From Acutalibacteraceae bacterium (GTDB taxonomy: Bacteria; Bacillota; Clostridia; Oscillospirales; Acutalibacteraceae), in NCBI GenBank assembly GCA_045630765.1, contig JAZQTM010000104.1, forward strand, positions 671-64,670: DNA of 64,000 nucleotides, given 5' to 3'. The notes beneath the pieces were generated by a model, which saw only the letters and a program-made list of their open reading frames with translations, was not told the DNA's origin and ran no database searches. Positions 52,614 through 62,129 of the stretch are shown one piece after another. Both the position numbers and the translations under genes were made by a program. The stretch's first letter is position 1, and each line of letters begins with the position of its first letter.

Positions 52614-54200
52614 GTGGCACAGTTTACGAAAGAGATAGAAAAACGGCGCACGTTTGCGATTATTTCGCACCCTGATGCCGGTAAAACCACTTTGACAGAA
52701 AAGTTCTTGCTGTACGGTGGCGCAATTGCGTCTGCCGGTATGGTTAAGGGCAAAAAATCGATGAAACACGCGGTTTCCGACTGGATGGAAATTGAAAAAC
52801 AGCGTGGTATTTCCGTTACATCCTCCGTGTTGCAGTTTGAATATGATGGGTATTGCATTAACATCTTGGATACCCCCGGTCACCAGGATTTCTCGGAGGA
52901 TACCTATCGTACCTTGATGGCGGCGGACTCCGCGGTCATGGTGATCGATGCTTCCAAGGGTGTGGAAAAGCAGACCATCAAGTTGTTTAAGGTTTGTATG
53001 CTGCGGGATATTCCGGTATTTACTTTTATCAACAAAATGGACCGCGAAGCGCGTGATCCGTACGATCTGATGGCAGACATTGAAAGTGTGCTCGGTATCA
53101 AAACGTACCCCGTTAACTGGCCGATCGGTTCGGGCAAGGAGTTTAAGGGCGTTTACGAGCGCGAGAAAGAACGGGTACTCTCTTTCACTTACAACGGCAT
53201 TGGACACGAAGCGGATGAAAAGGTAACCGATATGGATGATCCTGCTTTGAAAGAAATGCTGGGTGATACGCTGTATCAGACCTTGATGGACGATCGTGAG
53301 TTACTCGACGGTGCGGGCGATGAATTTGATTTAGAGGCTGTTCGTCACGGTAAACTTTCACCGGTGTTTTTCGGCTCGGCTTTAACGAACTTCGGCGTCG
53401 AACCGTTCTTGGAGAACTTCCTCAAAATGACGACCTCGCCGTTGCCGCGTGCATCCTCAGAAGGGGAGATCGATCCGTTCAACGATGATTTTTCGGCTTT
53501 TGTTTTTAAAATTCAAGCCAACATGAACAAGGCACACCGCGACCGTATTGCTTTTATGCGTATCTGCTCGGGCAGATTTGAAAAAGGGCAGGAGGTCCAC
53601 CACGTACAGGGCGGGCGCAAGATCAAACTTTCCCAGCCGCAACAGATGATGGCACAAGATCGCGAGATCGTGGAAGAAGCCTTTGCGGGCGATATTATCG
53701 GTGTGTTTGATCCCGGTATTTTCTCCATTGGCGATACCGTATGTGCATCCTCCAAAAAATTCGTGTTTGAAGGTATCCCGACCTTTGCGCCCGAGCATTT
53801 CCGTTTGGTGCGCCAAAAGGATACCATGAAACGAAAACAGTTTATCAAAGGAACCTCGCAGATCGCGCAAGAAGGCGCTATTCAGATCTTCCAGGAGCCG
53901 GGCGGCGGTATGGAAGAAGTGATCGTCGGCGTGGTCGGTACGTTGCAATTTGACGTGCTCGAATACCGCTTGAAGAACGAATACGGTGTGGATGTCATTA
54001 TGGAAGGACTGCCGTATCAGTACATTCGTTGGGTAGTTGGCGATGACATTGATGTAAAGGCTCTTGACTTAACGTCGGATACTAAATATGTGCAAGATCT
54101 TAAAGGAAATCCGCTGTTGCTTTTCACCAGCAGTTGGAACATTCAATGGGCACTCGATCACAATAAAGAGTTACAATTACAGGAGTTTAGCCGTTCATGA
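52614..54200 (+). CDS. prfC: Peptide chain release factor 3
   Basis: GTG at 52614 lies 7 nt after GGAGGG. GTPase motifs are RRTFAIISHPDAGKTTLTEK, DTPGHQDF and NKMD. Confidence 0.9.
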   Translation: MAQFTKEIEKRRTFAIISHPDAGKTTLTEKFLLYGGAIASAGMVKGKKSMKHAVSDWMEIEKQRGISVTSSVLQFEYDGYCINILDTPGHQDFSEDTYRTLMAADSAVMVIDASKGVEKQTIKLFKVCMLRDIPVFTFINKMDREARDPYDLMADIESVLGIKTYPVNWPIGSGKEFKGVYEREKERVLSFTYNGIGHEADEKVTDMDDPALKEMLGDTLYQTLMDDRELLDGAGDEFDLEAVRHGKLSPVFFGSALTNFGVEPFLENFLKMTTSPLPRASSEGEIDPFNDDFSAFVFKIQANMNKAHRDRIAFMRICSGRFEKGQEVHHVQGGRKIKLSQPQQMMAQDREIVEEAFAGDIIGVFDPGIFSIGDTVCASSKKFVFEGIPTFAPEHFRLVRQKDTMKRKQFIKGTSQIAQEGAIQIFQEPGGGMEEVIVGVVGTLQFDVLEYRLKNEYGVDVIMEGLPYQYIRWVVGDDIDVKALDLTSDTKYVQDLKGNPLLLFTSSWNIQWALDHNKELQLQEFSRS

Positions 54201-54538
54201 TGAATATTCAAATCTTCGGAAAATCCAAATGCTTTGATACCAAAAAAGCAGAGCGGTATTTTAAGGAACGCGGCATTCGCTTCCAGCGCATTGAATTGGA
54301 CAAGTACGGCATCAGCCGCGGGGAATTTCAATCGGTTAGAGCAGCCGTTGGTTTGGAGGCTTTAATTGATCCAAAGGCAAAAGAAGCGGCTTTGATCCGT
54401 TACCTTGCGTATGACAGCGACAAGGAAGAAAAACTGCTTGAAACCCCAAAAGCGTTGCGTACACCCATTGTGCGTAACGGTAAACTTGCCACCGTCGGAT
54501 ATTGTCCAGACGTGTGGGAAACGTGGAGAACACTATGA
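54197..54538 (+). CDS. ArsC/Spx family protein (YffB-like)
   Basis: 113 aa with the N-terminal MNIQIFGKSKCFDTKKAERYFKERGI single-Cys motif. ATGA overlap with the prfC stop. Confidence 0.7.
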   Translation: MMNIQIFGKSKCFDTKKAERYFKERGIRFQRIELDKYGISRGEFQSVRAAVGLEALIDPKAKEAALIRYLAYDSDKEEKLLETPKALRTPIVRNGKLATVGYCPDVWETWRTL

Positions 54539-55578
54539 AAAAGCCGATTACGGGCATTGCCGCACCGCTTGTCGCGTGGTACCGTCAGCATGAGCGTTCT
54601 TTTCCGTGGCGGGAAGATCCTTCGCCGTATCGGGTATGGGTGTCGGAGATTATGCTTCAACAAACGCGCATCGAAGCGGCTTTACCGTATTTCGAGCGCT
54701 TTATGCAGGCATTGCCGACCGTCGCCGATTTGGCGGAAGCCTCGGAGGACGTATTGCTGAAATTGTGGGAGGGACTCGGCTATTACAGCCGCGTGCGCAA
54801 CCTGCAAAAAGCCGCGCAAACGGTTATGCGGGAATTCGGGGGACAGCTTCCCGAAAATTATGAACAACTGCTTATGTTGCCCGGTATCGGTGAATACACC
54901 GCGGGTGCGATCGCATCGATCGCTTTCGGTAAACGCGCTGCCGCGGTGGACGGGAACGTATTGCGCGTTATGGCGCGCCTTACGGATGATCCCTCCGACG
55001 TGATGCAACCCCAACATCGAAAACGATTAACCGTGCTTGTACAAAGCCTTGTGCCGGAGCAACACGCGGGAGATTTTAATCAAGGGATTATGGAACTCGG
55101 TGAAACGGTCTGCTTGCCGAATGCGCAACCGCGTTGCAGCGACTGCCCGTTGTTTGACTACTGTGCGGTGGCAGGTTTGGAGAGAGCAAGGGAATTGCCC
55201 ACGCGCGCCAAACCGAAACAACGCCGCGTGGAACATCGTACGGTGTTTATAGTCGTGGCAGACGGCAAGGTGTTGTTGCATCGCCGCCCGAAAAAGGGGT
55301 TGCTCGGCGGTATGTGGGAGTTGCCGAACATCGAATCCGACTATTCGGGCGACGTGTTGTCCGAATGGGGTATTCAGGTAACTTCTGTGGATGAACTTCC
55401 CGCCGAAAAACACGTGTTTTCACACGTTGAGTGGCATATGGTCGGTCACCTTGTAAAGGCAAAATCCATTACCCCGCAAACCGATTTCCAATTAGTTTCC
55501 AAAGAGGAATTGGCAGAGTATGCACTGCCAACAGCCTTTCGCACCTATAGTGATATACTAAAGGAGGACGTTTTATGA
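54535..55578 (+). CDS. mutY: A/G-specific adenine DNA glycosylase
   Basis: Motifs PYRVWVSEIMLQQT and LPGIGEYTAGAI, the Fe-S cluster CLPNAQPRCSDCPLFDYC and a NUDIX-like C-terminus. ATG at 54535 forms an ATGA overlap with the upstream stop. Confidence 0.9.
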   Translation: MKKPITGIAAPLVAWYRQHERSFPWREDPSPYRVWVSEIMLQQTRIEAALPYFERFMQALPTVADLAEASEDVLLKLWEGLGYYSRVRNLQKAAQTVMREFGGQLPENYEQLLMLPGIGEYTAGAIASIAFGKRAAAVDGNVLRVMARLTDDPSDVMQPQHRKRLTVLVQSLVPEQHAGDFNQGIMELGETVCLPNAQPRCSDCPLFDYCAVAGLERARELPTRAKPKQRRVEHRTVFIVVADGKVLLHRRPKKGLLGGMWELPNIESDYSGDVLSEWGIQVTSVDELPAEKHVFSHVEWHMVGHLVKAKSITPQTDFQLVSKEELAEYALPTAFRTYSDILKEDVL

Positions 55579-56054
55579 AACGCGAAGATTATCTTTCCTG
55601 GGACGAATATTTTATGGGGGTTGCCTTGCTGTCGGCACAACGCAGTAAAGATCCCGGAACGCAGGTCGGTGCCTGTATTGTCGGTCAAGACAATAAAATT
55701 TTGTCAATGGGTTATAACGGTATGCCGATCGGCTGCAGTGATGATTGTATGCCGTGGGACCGTGACGGCGATCCGCTGAATACGAAGTATCTGTTTGTTT
55801 GTCACGCCGAGCTCAATGCGATCTTAAACCACGGTCGTTCCGGCTTGGAGGGTGCCAAGGTGTATACCACGCTGTTCCCGTGTAACGAATGTGCCAAGGC
55901 TATCATTCAATCGGGTATCAAAGAGGTCATTTATTTGCAAGATAAGTATGCCGACACGGATTCTGTCATTGCCTCCAAGAGAATGTTTGATATGACAGGC
56001 GTTACGTATCGTGCGTTTAACGGTGAACATAAAGACATCACACTGAAACTGTAA
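55575..56054 (+). CDS. comEB: dCMP deaminase (ComEB-type)
   Basis: Zinc motifs CHAELNAI and PCNECAKAI. ATGA overlap with the mutY stop. Confidence 0.85.
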   Translation: MKREDYLSWDEYFMGVALLSAQRSKDPGTQVGACIVGQDNKILSMGYNGMPIGCSDDCMPWDRDGDPLNTKYLFVCHAELNAILNHGRSGLEGAKVYTTLFPCNECAKAIIQSGIKEVIYLQDKYADTDSVIASKRMFDMTGVTYRAFNGEHKDITLKL

Positions 56055-56068
56055 GAGAGATTGCGGTT

Positions 56069-56800
56069 ATGAAAACAGTTTTGATCACGGGCGCCTCCCG
56101 CGGCATCGGTGCGGCGGCGGCGCGTCTGTTTGCAAAAAACGGATATGCGGTAGCGGTCAATTACTGCTCTTCAAAAGAAGCGGCAGACCGCTTGGTTGCC
56201 GAGGTTGTAAAGACAGGCGGCGAAGCCTTTGCGGTGCAGGCGGACGTGTCGAAGGCGGATGAGGTGCGGCGAATGGTGCAGGCGGTGTATGACCGCTGCG
56301 GGCATATCGACGTACTGATCCATAACGCCGGCATTGCGCAACAAAAATTATTGACGGATACCGAAGAGCGGGAATGGAACCATATGATGGGTGTCCATTT
56401 GGACGGCGCGTATCACTGCTGCAAAGAGGTCATCCCCGGTATGGTACGGCAAGGGTGCGGCAGTATCGTGACGTTATCTTCAATTTGGGGTGTCACGGGC
56501 GCTTCGTGTGAAGTGCCGTATTCCGCCGCCAAAGCGGGACTTATTGGGTTCAGCAAGGCGCTCGCAAAAGAACTCGGCCCGTCCCATATTCGGGTGAATT
56601 GTGTAGCCCCCGGTGTGATCGACACCGATATGTGCGCGTCGTTTGATGAAGAAACCTTGAACGGCTTGGCAGAGGAAACGCCGCTCGGACGGCTCGGTAA
56701 ACCGGAAGAGGTTGCCGAAACACTTTTCTTTTTAGCATCCGATGCCGCTTCTTATATTACCGGTCAGGTGATCGGTGTCAACGGCGGTTTTGTAATTTGA
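56069..56800 (+). CDS. SDR family oxidoreductase (3-oxoacyl-ACP reductase-like)
   Basis: Motifs TGASRGIG, NAG and YSAAKAG. Confidence 0.8.
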   Translation: MKTVLITGASRGIGAAAARLFAKNGYAVAVNYCSSKEAADRLVAEVVKTGGEAFAVQADVSKADEVRRMVQAVYDRCGHIDVLIHNAGIAQQKLLTDTEEREWNHMMGVHLDGAYHCCKEVIPGMVRQGCGSIVTLSSIWGVTGASCEVPYSAAKAGLIGFSKALAKELGPSHIRVNCVAPGVIDTDMCASFDEETLNGLAEETPLGRLGKPEEVAETLFFLASDAASYITGQVIGVNGGFVI

Positions 56801-56804
56801 CGAT

Positions 56805-56837
56805 AAAAAGCGATGAAGCTTGGCTTCATCGCTTTTT
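56805..56837 (+). terminator. Rho-independent terminator
   Basis: AAAAAGCGATGAAGC-TTG-GCTTCATCGCTTTTT. Confidence 0.85.
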
Positions 56838-56903
56838 ATGTATATGTGGCTTTTTTCGGGGAGAAACTGTGGATAGTGATAAACAGAAAGGAACCGTTTG
56901 TCA

Positions 56904-59228
56904 ATGATTGATTTTTCGCAGGAAATTCTCTGTGCCTTACGGTTGGAGGGCGTTAGTGATCCCCAAAAAGCGACCGTAAAACAATGGTATACTGCCGTAT
57001 CCAAAGCCGCGATGGCGCGGCTTTGCGAAGCGGAAGCGAGCACGACGAATAAAAGACGGGTTGCCTATTTTTCGGCAGAATTTTTGATCGGGCGGATGAT
57101 AGAATCCAATCTGATGAATATGGGGCTATGGGAAGGCGTGGACACCTTGCTGCGCGAAAACGGCCTTTCTACCGCTATTTTTGAGGAGATTGAAGATGCT
57201 GCACTCGGCAATGGTGGACTTGGCAGGCTTGCTGCCTGTTTTTTAGATTCTGCCGCCACGCAAGGAATCCCGCTGGACGGATACGGTATTCGCTATCGGT
57301 ACGGATTGTTCAAGCAAGAGATTGAGGAGGGCTTTCAAAAAGAAATCGCGGACGATTGGCTTGGTTTTGGTGATCCGTGGTCGGTGCGCAAGGCGGATGA
57401 AAAGGTGCTCGTGACCTTTGCTGATGAGCAGGTTTATGCCGTGCCGTACGATAGTCCCGTGATCGGTTACGGCGGTAAGACCGTCAACCACTTGCGTTTG
57501 TGGCAAGCCGAGGCGGTCCATCCTTTCGATTTTGCGTTGTTTAATCAGCAAAAATACGACAAAGCCGTCAAGGAACGTGATCGCGCCGAACGGATCAGTA
57601 TGGTGTTATATCCAAACGACGACACCGAAGCGGGTAAAAAGCTTCGATTAAAACAACAGTATTTCTTTTGCAGTGCCTCGTTGCAGGATCTTCTTCGGCG
57701 CTATAAGCGGCAGTATGGCACGGATTTTTCGCATTTCTCCGAACGATATGCCATTCAACTTAACGATACGCATCCGACAGTGTCTATCCCCGAACTTATT
57801 CGTTTGCTGACGGAAGAAGGGGTATCGTTTGCCGATGCGTTGCAGATCGCGCGAGATACCTTTGCGTATACCAATCACACCATTTTACCGGAAGCGCTTG
57901 AAAAGTGGAACGTCAAACTATTTCGTAGCGTATTGCCACAGATATATCGCTATATTTTGCGTATCCAAAAGGCGTTGGCGCGCCATCTTACGGCGCGTGG
58001 TATCACAGATACCAAACCATACGATATCATTGATGGCTCGCACGTTCATATGGCACGTTTGGCGATTTTTGTGTCACACTCGGTCAACGGTGTGGCGCGC
58101 TTGCACAGCGAATTGCTCAAAATAAGCGCTTTGCCGGAATGGTATCGCCTGTATCCCGAACGTTTCAACAACAAGACGAACGGTATCACACAACGCCGCT
58201 GGTTGGCACTTGCCAATCACGAATTGTCAAGGCTGATTACCGAAACCATTGGCAAACGTTGGATCACCGATTTGATGCAACTTGAACAACTGAAACCTTA
58301 TGCGGAGGATCCTGCATTTTTACAAGCACTGCATACCGTAAAAAGACTCAAAAAGCAACAACTTGCCGAGTATATCCAAGCGCACAGCGGGTTGCATCTC
58401 AAATCCGACTTTCTGCTGGACGTTCAAGCAAAACGTTTGCACGAATATAAACGGCAACTGCTCAATGCGTTTTCCATTCTCGACACCTATTTCGGTATCA
58501 AAGACGGTCGCATCACCGATTTTACACCGACAGCATACCTGTTTGCCGCGAAAGCCGCTCCCGGTTACGGGCGTGCAAAAGCGATTATCAAGTTTATCAA
58601 TGAAATCGCCGCTCTTATCAATAAAGATACGGTGGTTTCGGATCGTATGCAGGTACTCTTTTTGCCCAACTACACGGTATCGTATGCCGAAAAGATCATT
58701 CCCGCGGCGGACGTATCAGAACAGATTTCCACGGCAGGAACGGAAGCTTCCGGTACCGGCAATATGAAATTCATGCTCAATGGTGCGGTGACACTCGGCA
58801 CGTACGACGGTGCAAACATTGAGATCGTCGAGCGGGCAGGGGAGGAAAACAACTATATTTTCGGTGCGCGTGTGGAGGATCTCCACGCAATGAAGGATAC
58901 CTATTCACCGCAAGCATATCTGCAGTCAGAGCCGCGTTTGCGGCGCGTAGTCGATACCTTGGTTGACGGCACGTTTGACGATGGCGGAACGGGAATGTTT
59001 CGCGACCTGTACGATTCGCTCACCACGGGCGCGTTATGGCATCGTTCCGATCCGTATTACGTGCTCGCCGATTTTATACCGTATTGCAAGCGGCGAGCAG
59101 AACTGAATCGTGATTATCAAAACCGCGAGTTGTTTGATCGCAAATCGCTGCTTAATATCGCCCATGCCGGTTACTTTTCCAGCGACAGGACTATCAAAGA
59201 ATATGCCGAAGATATCTGGAAACTATAA
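56904..59228 (+). CDS. glgP: Glycogen/starch/alpha-glucan phosphorylase
   Basis: PLP-site EASGTGNMKFMLNGA plus NGGLGRLAACFLDS. The start is ATG at 56904 or TTG at 56898. Confidence 0.9.
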   Translation: MIDFSQEILCALRLEGVSDPQKATVKQWYTAVSKAAMARLCEAEASTTNKRRVAYFSAEFLIGRMIESNLMNMGLWEGVDTLLRENGLSTAIFEEIEDAALGNGGLGRLAACFLDSAATQGIPLDGYGIRYRYGLFKQEIEEGFQKEIADDWLGFGDPWSVRKADEKVLVTFADEQVYAVPYDSPVIGYGGKTVNHLRLWQAEAVHPFDFALFNQQKYDKAVKERDRAERISMVLYPNDDTEAGKKLRLKQQYFFCSASLQDLLRRYKRQYGTDFSHFSERYAIQLNDTHPTVSIPELIRLLTEEGVSFADALQIARDTFAYTNHTILPEALEKWNVKLFRSVLPQIYRYILRIQKALARHLTARGITDTKPYDIIDGSHVHMARLAIFVSHSVNGVARLHSELLKISALPEWYRLYPERFNNKTNGITQRRWLALANHELSRLITETIGKRWITDLMQLEQLKPYAEDPAFLQALHTVKRLKKQQLAEYIQAHSGLHLKSDFLLDVQAKRLHEYKRQLLNAFSILDTYFGIKDGRITDFTPTAYLFAAKAAPGYGRAKAIIKFINEIAALINKDTVVSDRMQVLFLPNYTVSYAEKIIPAADVSEQISTAGTEASGTGNMKFMLNGAVTLGTYDGANIEIVERAGEENNYIFGARVEDLHAMKDTYSPQAYLQSEPRLRRVVDTLVDGTFDDGGTGMFRDLYDSLTTGALWHRSDPYYVLADFIPYCKRRAELNRDYQNRELFDRKSLLNIAHAGYFSSDRTIKEYAEDIWKL

Positions 59229-59256
59229 AAAAGGCAGCGCCTTTGGCGCTGCCTTT
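59227..59256. terminator. Bidirectional terminator between glgP and rlmD
   Basis: AAAAAAGGCAGCGCC-TTT-GGCGCTGCCTTT. Confidence 0.8.
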
Positions 59257-59257
59257 A

Positions 59258-60415
59258 CTATTTTTTATCAAGACATACCACACACTCAATATGCTGTGTG
59301 TGCGGGAACATATCAAACGGTTGAATGTAGGTGACGCGATACCCGTTTTTTGTCAGCACGCGCAAGTCGCGCGCCTGCGTTTCGGGATTGCAGGAAATGT
59401 AGACAACCTTTTTCGGCGCCAACGTAATCAACGAGTTTAGGAACGGCATATCACTGCCCGCACGCGGCGGATCCATAAAGACCACGTCTACGTGCTGTCC
59501 TTCCTCGGCAAGCGCTACCATATAGTTTCCCGCATCGGCTTCGATGAAATGTGCGTTGGTGATATTGTTGCGTTTGGCGTTTACACGCGCATCCCGCACC
59601 GCATCACCGTTGACCTCGACACCCACCACTTGACCGGCAGATTTTGCGGCGATCAAGCCGATCGTGCCGATCCCGCAATACGCATCCAATACCGCTTCTT
59701 TACCGGTAAGAGCGGCAAGTTCAATAGCTTTACCGTACAGCTTTTCGGTCTGCGCGGGGTTGATCTGATAAAACGAGCGGGGAGAGATGCGGAACACGCA
59801 CCCGCACAGCGTATCTTCAATGTAACCGACGCCGTGCAGCACTTCTTCGCGCTCACCGAGCACCATACTGGTTTGGTGAGGGTTGATGTTCAGCACTACC
59901 GTGGTGATTTCGGGATGCCGCTCCAATAACGCTTGTACAAAGCGCTTTTTCATCGGGAATATGGGGTGCGCGGCAACCAAGGCCACCATCACTTGACCGC
60001 TTGTAAATCCTCGACGGATCAGCACGTGGCGCAAAAAGCCTTTGCGGCTGTCTTCTTGATAGGGGAGCATTTGAAATTCAGGGAGCATACGACGAATGGA
60101 TACCACGATCTTATCGGCGACAGGATCCTCAATCTGACAAGAATCCACCTTGACAATGCGGTGCGTGCTGGACTGGTATACACCCGACAAGATTTCGTGC
60201 CGACGCGTTAAGGCAAATGCCGCTTGTACCTTGTTGCGATAGTGATAGGGGAAATCCATTCCAACGATCGGCGAAACGCGGTGATAGCGACCGAGCAAGG
60301 AGATCACTTTCTCCTGCTTATAACGCAGTTGTTGCTCGTAGCTCATATTTTGCAGCTGACAGCCGCCGCACTTTTTAGAGAGCGGACAGCGTGGCAGTGT
60401 TGCGGGTTTTGCCAT
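59258..60415 (-). CDS. rlmD: 23S rRNA (uracil-C5)-methyltransferase, RlmD/RumA (TrmA) family
   Basis: An N-terminal Fe-S Cys cluster CPLSKKCGGCQLQ and a SAM-binding DAYCGIGTIG. Confidence 0.8.
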   Translation of the reverse strand: MAKPATLPRCPLSKKCGGCQLQNMSYEQQLRYKQEKVISLLGRYHRVSPIVGMDFPYHYRNKVQAAFALTRRHEILSGVYQSSTHRIVKVDSCQIEDPVADKIVVSIRRMLPEFQMLPYQEDSRKGFLRHVLIRRGFTSGQVMVALVAAHPIFPMKKRFVQALLERHPEITTVVLNINPHQTSMVLGEREEVLHGVGYIEDTLCGCVFRISPRSFYQINPAQTEKLYGKAIELAALTGKEAVLDAYCGIGTIGLIAAKSAGQVVGVEVNGDAVRDARVNAKRNNITNAHFIEADAGNYMVALAEEGQHVDVVFMDPPRAGSDMPFLNSLITLAPKKVVYISCNPETQARDLRVLTKNGYRVTYIQPFDMFPHTQHIECVVCLDKK

Positions 60416-60997
60416 TTATTTCCCCTCCAAGAAGTAGGTAGCCTCCATATCGGCGACCGACAAGGCGAAAGCAAGCGGGAACATTTCAAAGGCTTTGCCG
60501 ACGTTGCGCGCATCCTCGTCACCTGCAAAACCCATATGATACCGAATTGCAAACGCCTCCTCGCGGGTCAAACGCATGTAACCGGAGAGAATGTATACCG
60601 ATTTTTCACCGTGACCGTAGGGAAGGGTATCATCGATCTCGTAAGTGGGAACTTTTTGCCACACGCCGTTTTCATCTTTCACGTTGCGTGTGCCCGCTTT
60701 GTAAAAATTGATCTTGCATACGTCGTGAAGTAGGGCAGCAATCGCGATGCTTTCTTCGCTGTATTCCAAACCGTACACACCTTTTACACGCTCACGGTCA
60801 AGGTAGTGGTGTAAACAATCGTATACGTTTAAACTATGCTCCACAAGTCCGCCTTCGTGCGATCCGTGAAACCGCGTGCTGGCAGGGGCAGTGAAAAAAT
60901 CACAGTTTTTGGATTCCAAATACTCCAAAAACTTGTCAGCACCTTCGCGCTTGATATGCTCTTTGTAGATAGCAATAAAACGTTCTTTCGGACTCAT
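60416..60997 (-). CDS. HD domain phosphohydrolase (YhaM-like HD)
   Basis: ATG at 60997 follows AAGGAG. Motifs STRFHGSHEGGLVEHSLNV and ALLHDVCK. Confidence 0.65.
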   Translation of the reverse strand: MSPKERFIAIYKEHIKREGADKFLEYLESKNCDFFTAPASTRFHGSHEGGLVEHSLNVYDCLHHYLDRERVKGVYGLEYSEESIAIAALLHDVCKINFYKAGTRNVKDENGVWQKVPTYEIDDTLPYGHGEKSVYILSGYMRLTREEAFAIRYHMGFAGDEDARNVGKAFEMFPLAFALSVADMEATYFLEGK

Positions 60998-61129
60998 TTC
61001 GAACTCCTTTTTCTCATAAAGATATCGTGATGAGTATAGTATAAAGTGTTTTGCGGAAAATTTCAAGATTTCGCGTGACAAAAGCATATGAATGGTGTAG
61101 AATAGGCGGTAGGTAAAGGGGATAGAGTT

Positions 61130-62023
61130 ATGAAATCGTTCTTTAAGCGTTTTATGGTTCCTATCAAAGGCTTGATTATCGGCTCATCTATGGCTGTTCC
61201 CGGTGTCAGCGGCGGCACGATGGCGATCGTTCTCGGTATTTATGATCGCTTGCTCGGCGCCATTAGCGGTATCCGTAAAAATTTCAAGGAGAATATGTGG
61301 TTCCTTATCCGTTTCGGCTTGGGTGCCGGAATCGGCTTGGTACTGTTTTATGAACTTATCGGCTACTTGCTTGAGATTTTCCCGATCCCTGTTGCCGCTT
61401 TGTTCTTCGGTGCGGTAATCGGCGGCATTCCCGCGCTGATCGGTAAGATCAAGCCGGAGAAGGCGACGGCAGGATTTTGCATCACCTCACTGTTGTGGGG
61501 CGTCTTAGGCGTGGCGATCGTACTGGGTGTTGCGAACATCTTGGATATTCTCAAATGGTTTGGTTTGGTTGAACCGAACGTTACCTCTTTGGTATCCACT
61601 ACCGGCAGCATCACACTTGCTAACGTTTTGCTCTGGATTGTCACAGGTTTTGTGATTTCGATTGCGCTTATCTTACCCGGCATCAGCACCTCGCATATGC
61701 TGATTATTTTGGGTATCACCAGCATCTTAAAGATGCCGTTGCCGGCACTCGCCGTTATCGGTATTTCGTTGCTCGTCGGCATTTTTGCTATCACAAAGCC
61801 GCTCGAATGGGCAATGAACCGCTTTACACGTCCGACCTATTGCGTCATTATCGGCTTTGTAATTGGTTCGTTGTGGGATATTTTTGAGGAACGTATCATT
61901 CCGGGATTCGGTGCGCTCGGCACGGTGTGGTGGCATTGGGTGCTGACGATTGCCGCCGCGGTTGTTCTGTTTATCGGCGGTTTGACCGGTCTATTGTACC
62001 TTTCAAAGTTTTCAGATGACTAA
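61130..62023 (+). CDS. DUF368 family membrane protein (PopT-type polyprenyl-phosphate transporter family)
   Basis: A duplicated signature, VPGVSGGTMAIVLGIYDRL and LPGISTSHMLIILGI, across about 8 hydrophobic spans. Confidence 0.75.
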   Translation: MKSFFKRFMVPIKGLIIGSSMAVPGVSGGTMAIVLGIYDRLLGAISGIRKNFKENMWFLIRFGLGAGIGLVLFYELIGYLLEIFPIPVAALFFGAVIGGIPALIGKIKPEKATAGFCITSLLWGVLGVAIVLGVANILDILKWFGLVEPNVTSLVSTTGSITLANVLLWIVTGFVISIALILPGISTSHMLIILGITSILKMPLPALAVIGISLLVGIFAITKPLEWAMNRFTRPTYCVIIGFVIGSLWDIFEERIIPGFGALGTVWWHWVLTIAAAVVLFIGGLTGLLYLSKFSDD

Positions 62024-62026
62024 TGC

Positions 62027-62064
62027 AAAAAGGATGAGGCATTGCGCCTCATCCTTTGTTTTTT
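62027..62064 (+). terminator. Rho-independent terminator
   Basis: AAAAAGGATGAGGC-ATTGC-GCCTCATCCTTTGTTTTTT. Confidence 0.85.
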
Positions 62065-62067
62065 ATA

Positions 62068-62096
62068 TTGATATTTCGTTACTATGACAGTATAAT
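62068..62096 (+). promoter_or_regulatory. Sigma-70-like promoter TTGATA-17-TATAAT upstream of murD
   Basis: Read directly. Confidence 0.55.
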
Positions 62097-62129
62097 AGTA
62101 GTATTGTTATGAAAGGCGTGCGTGAAGAT

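Noticed and set aside
52590-54200. Programmed frameshift in a release-factor gene.
   Set aside because: The known +1 frameshift belongs to prfB (RF2). This gene is prfC (RF3, a GTPase) and reads as one uninterrupted frame.
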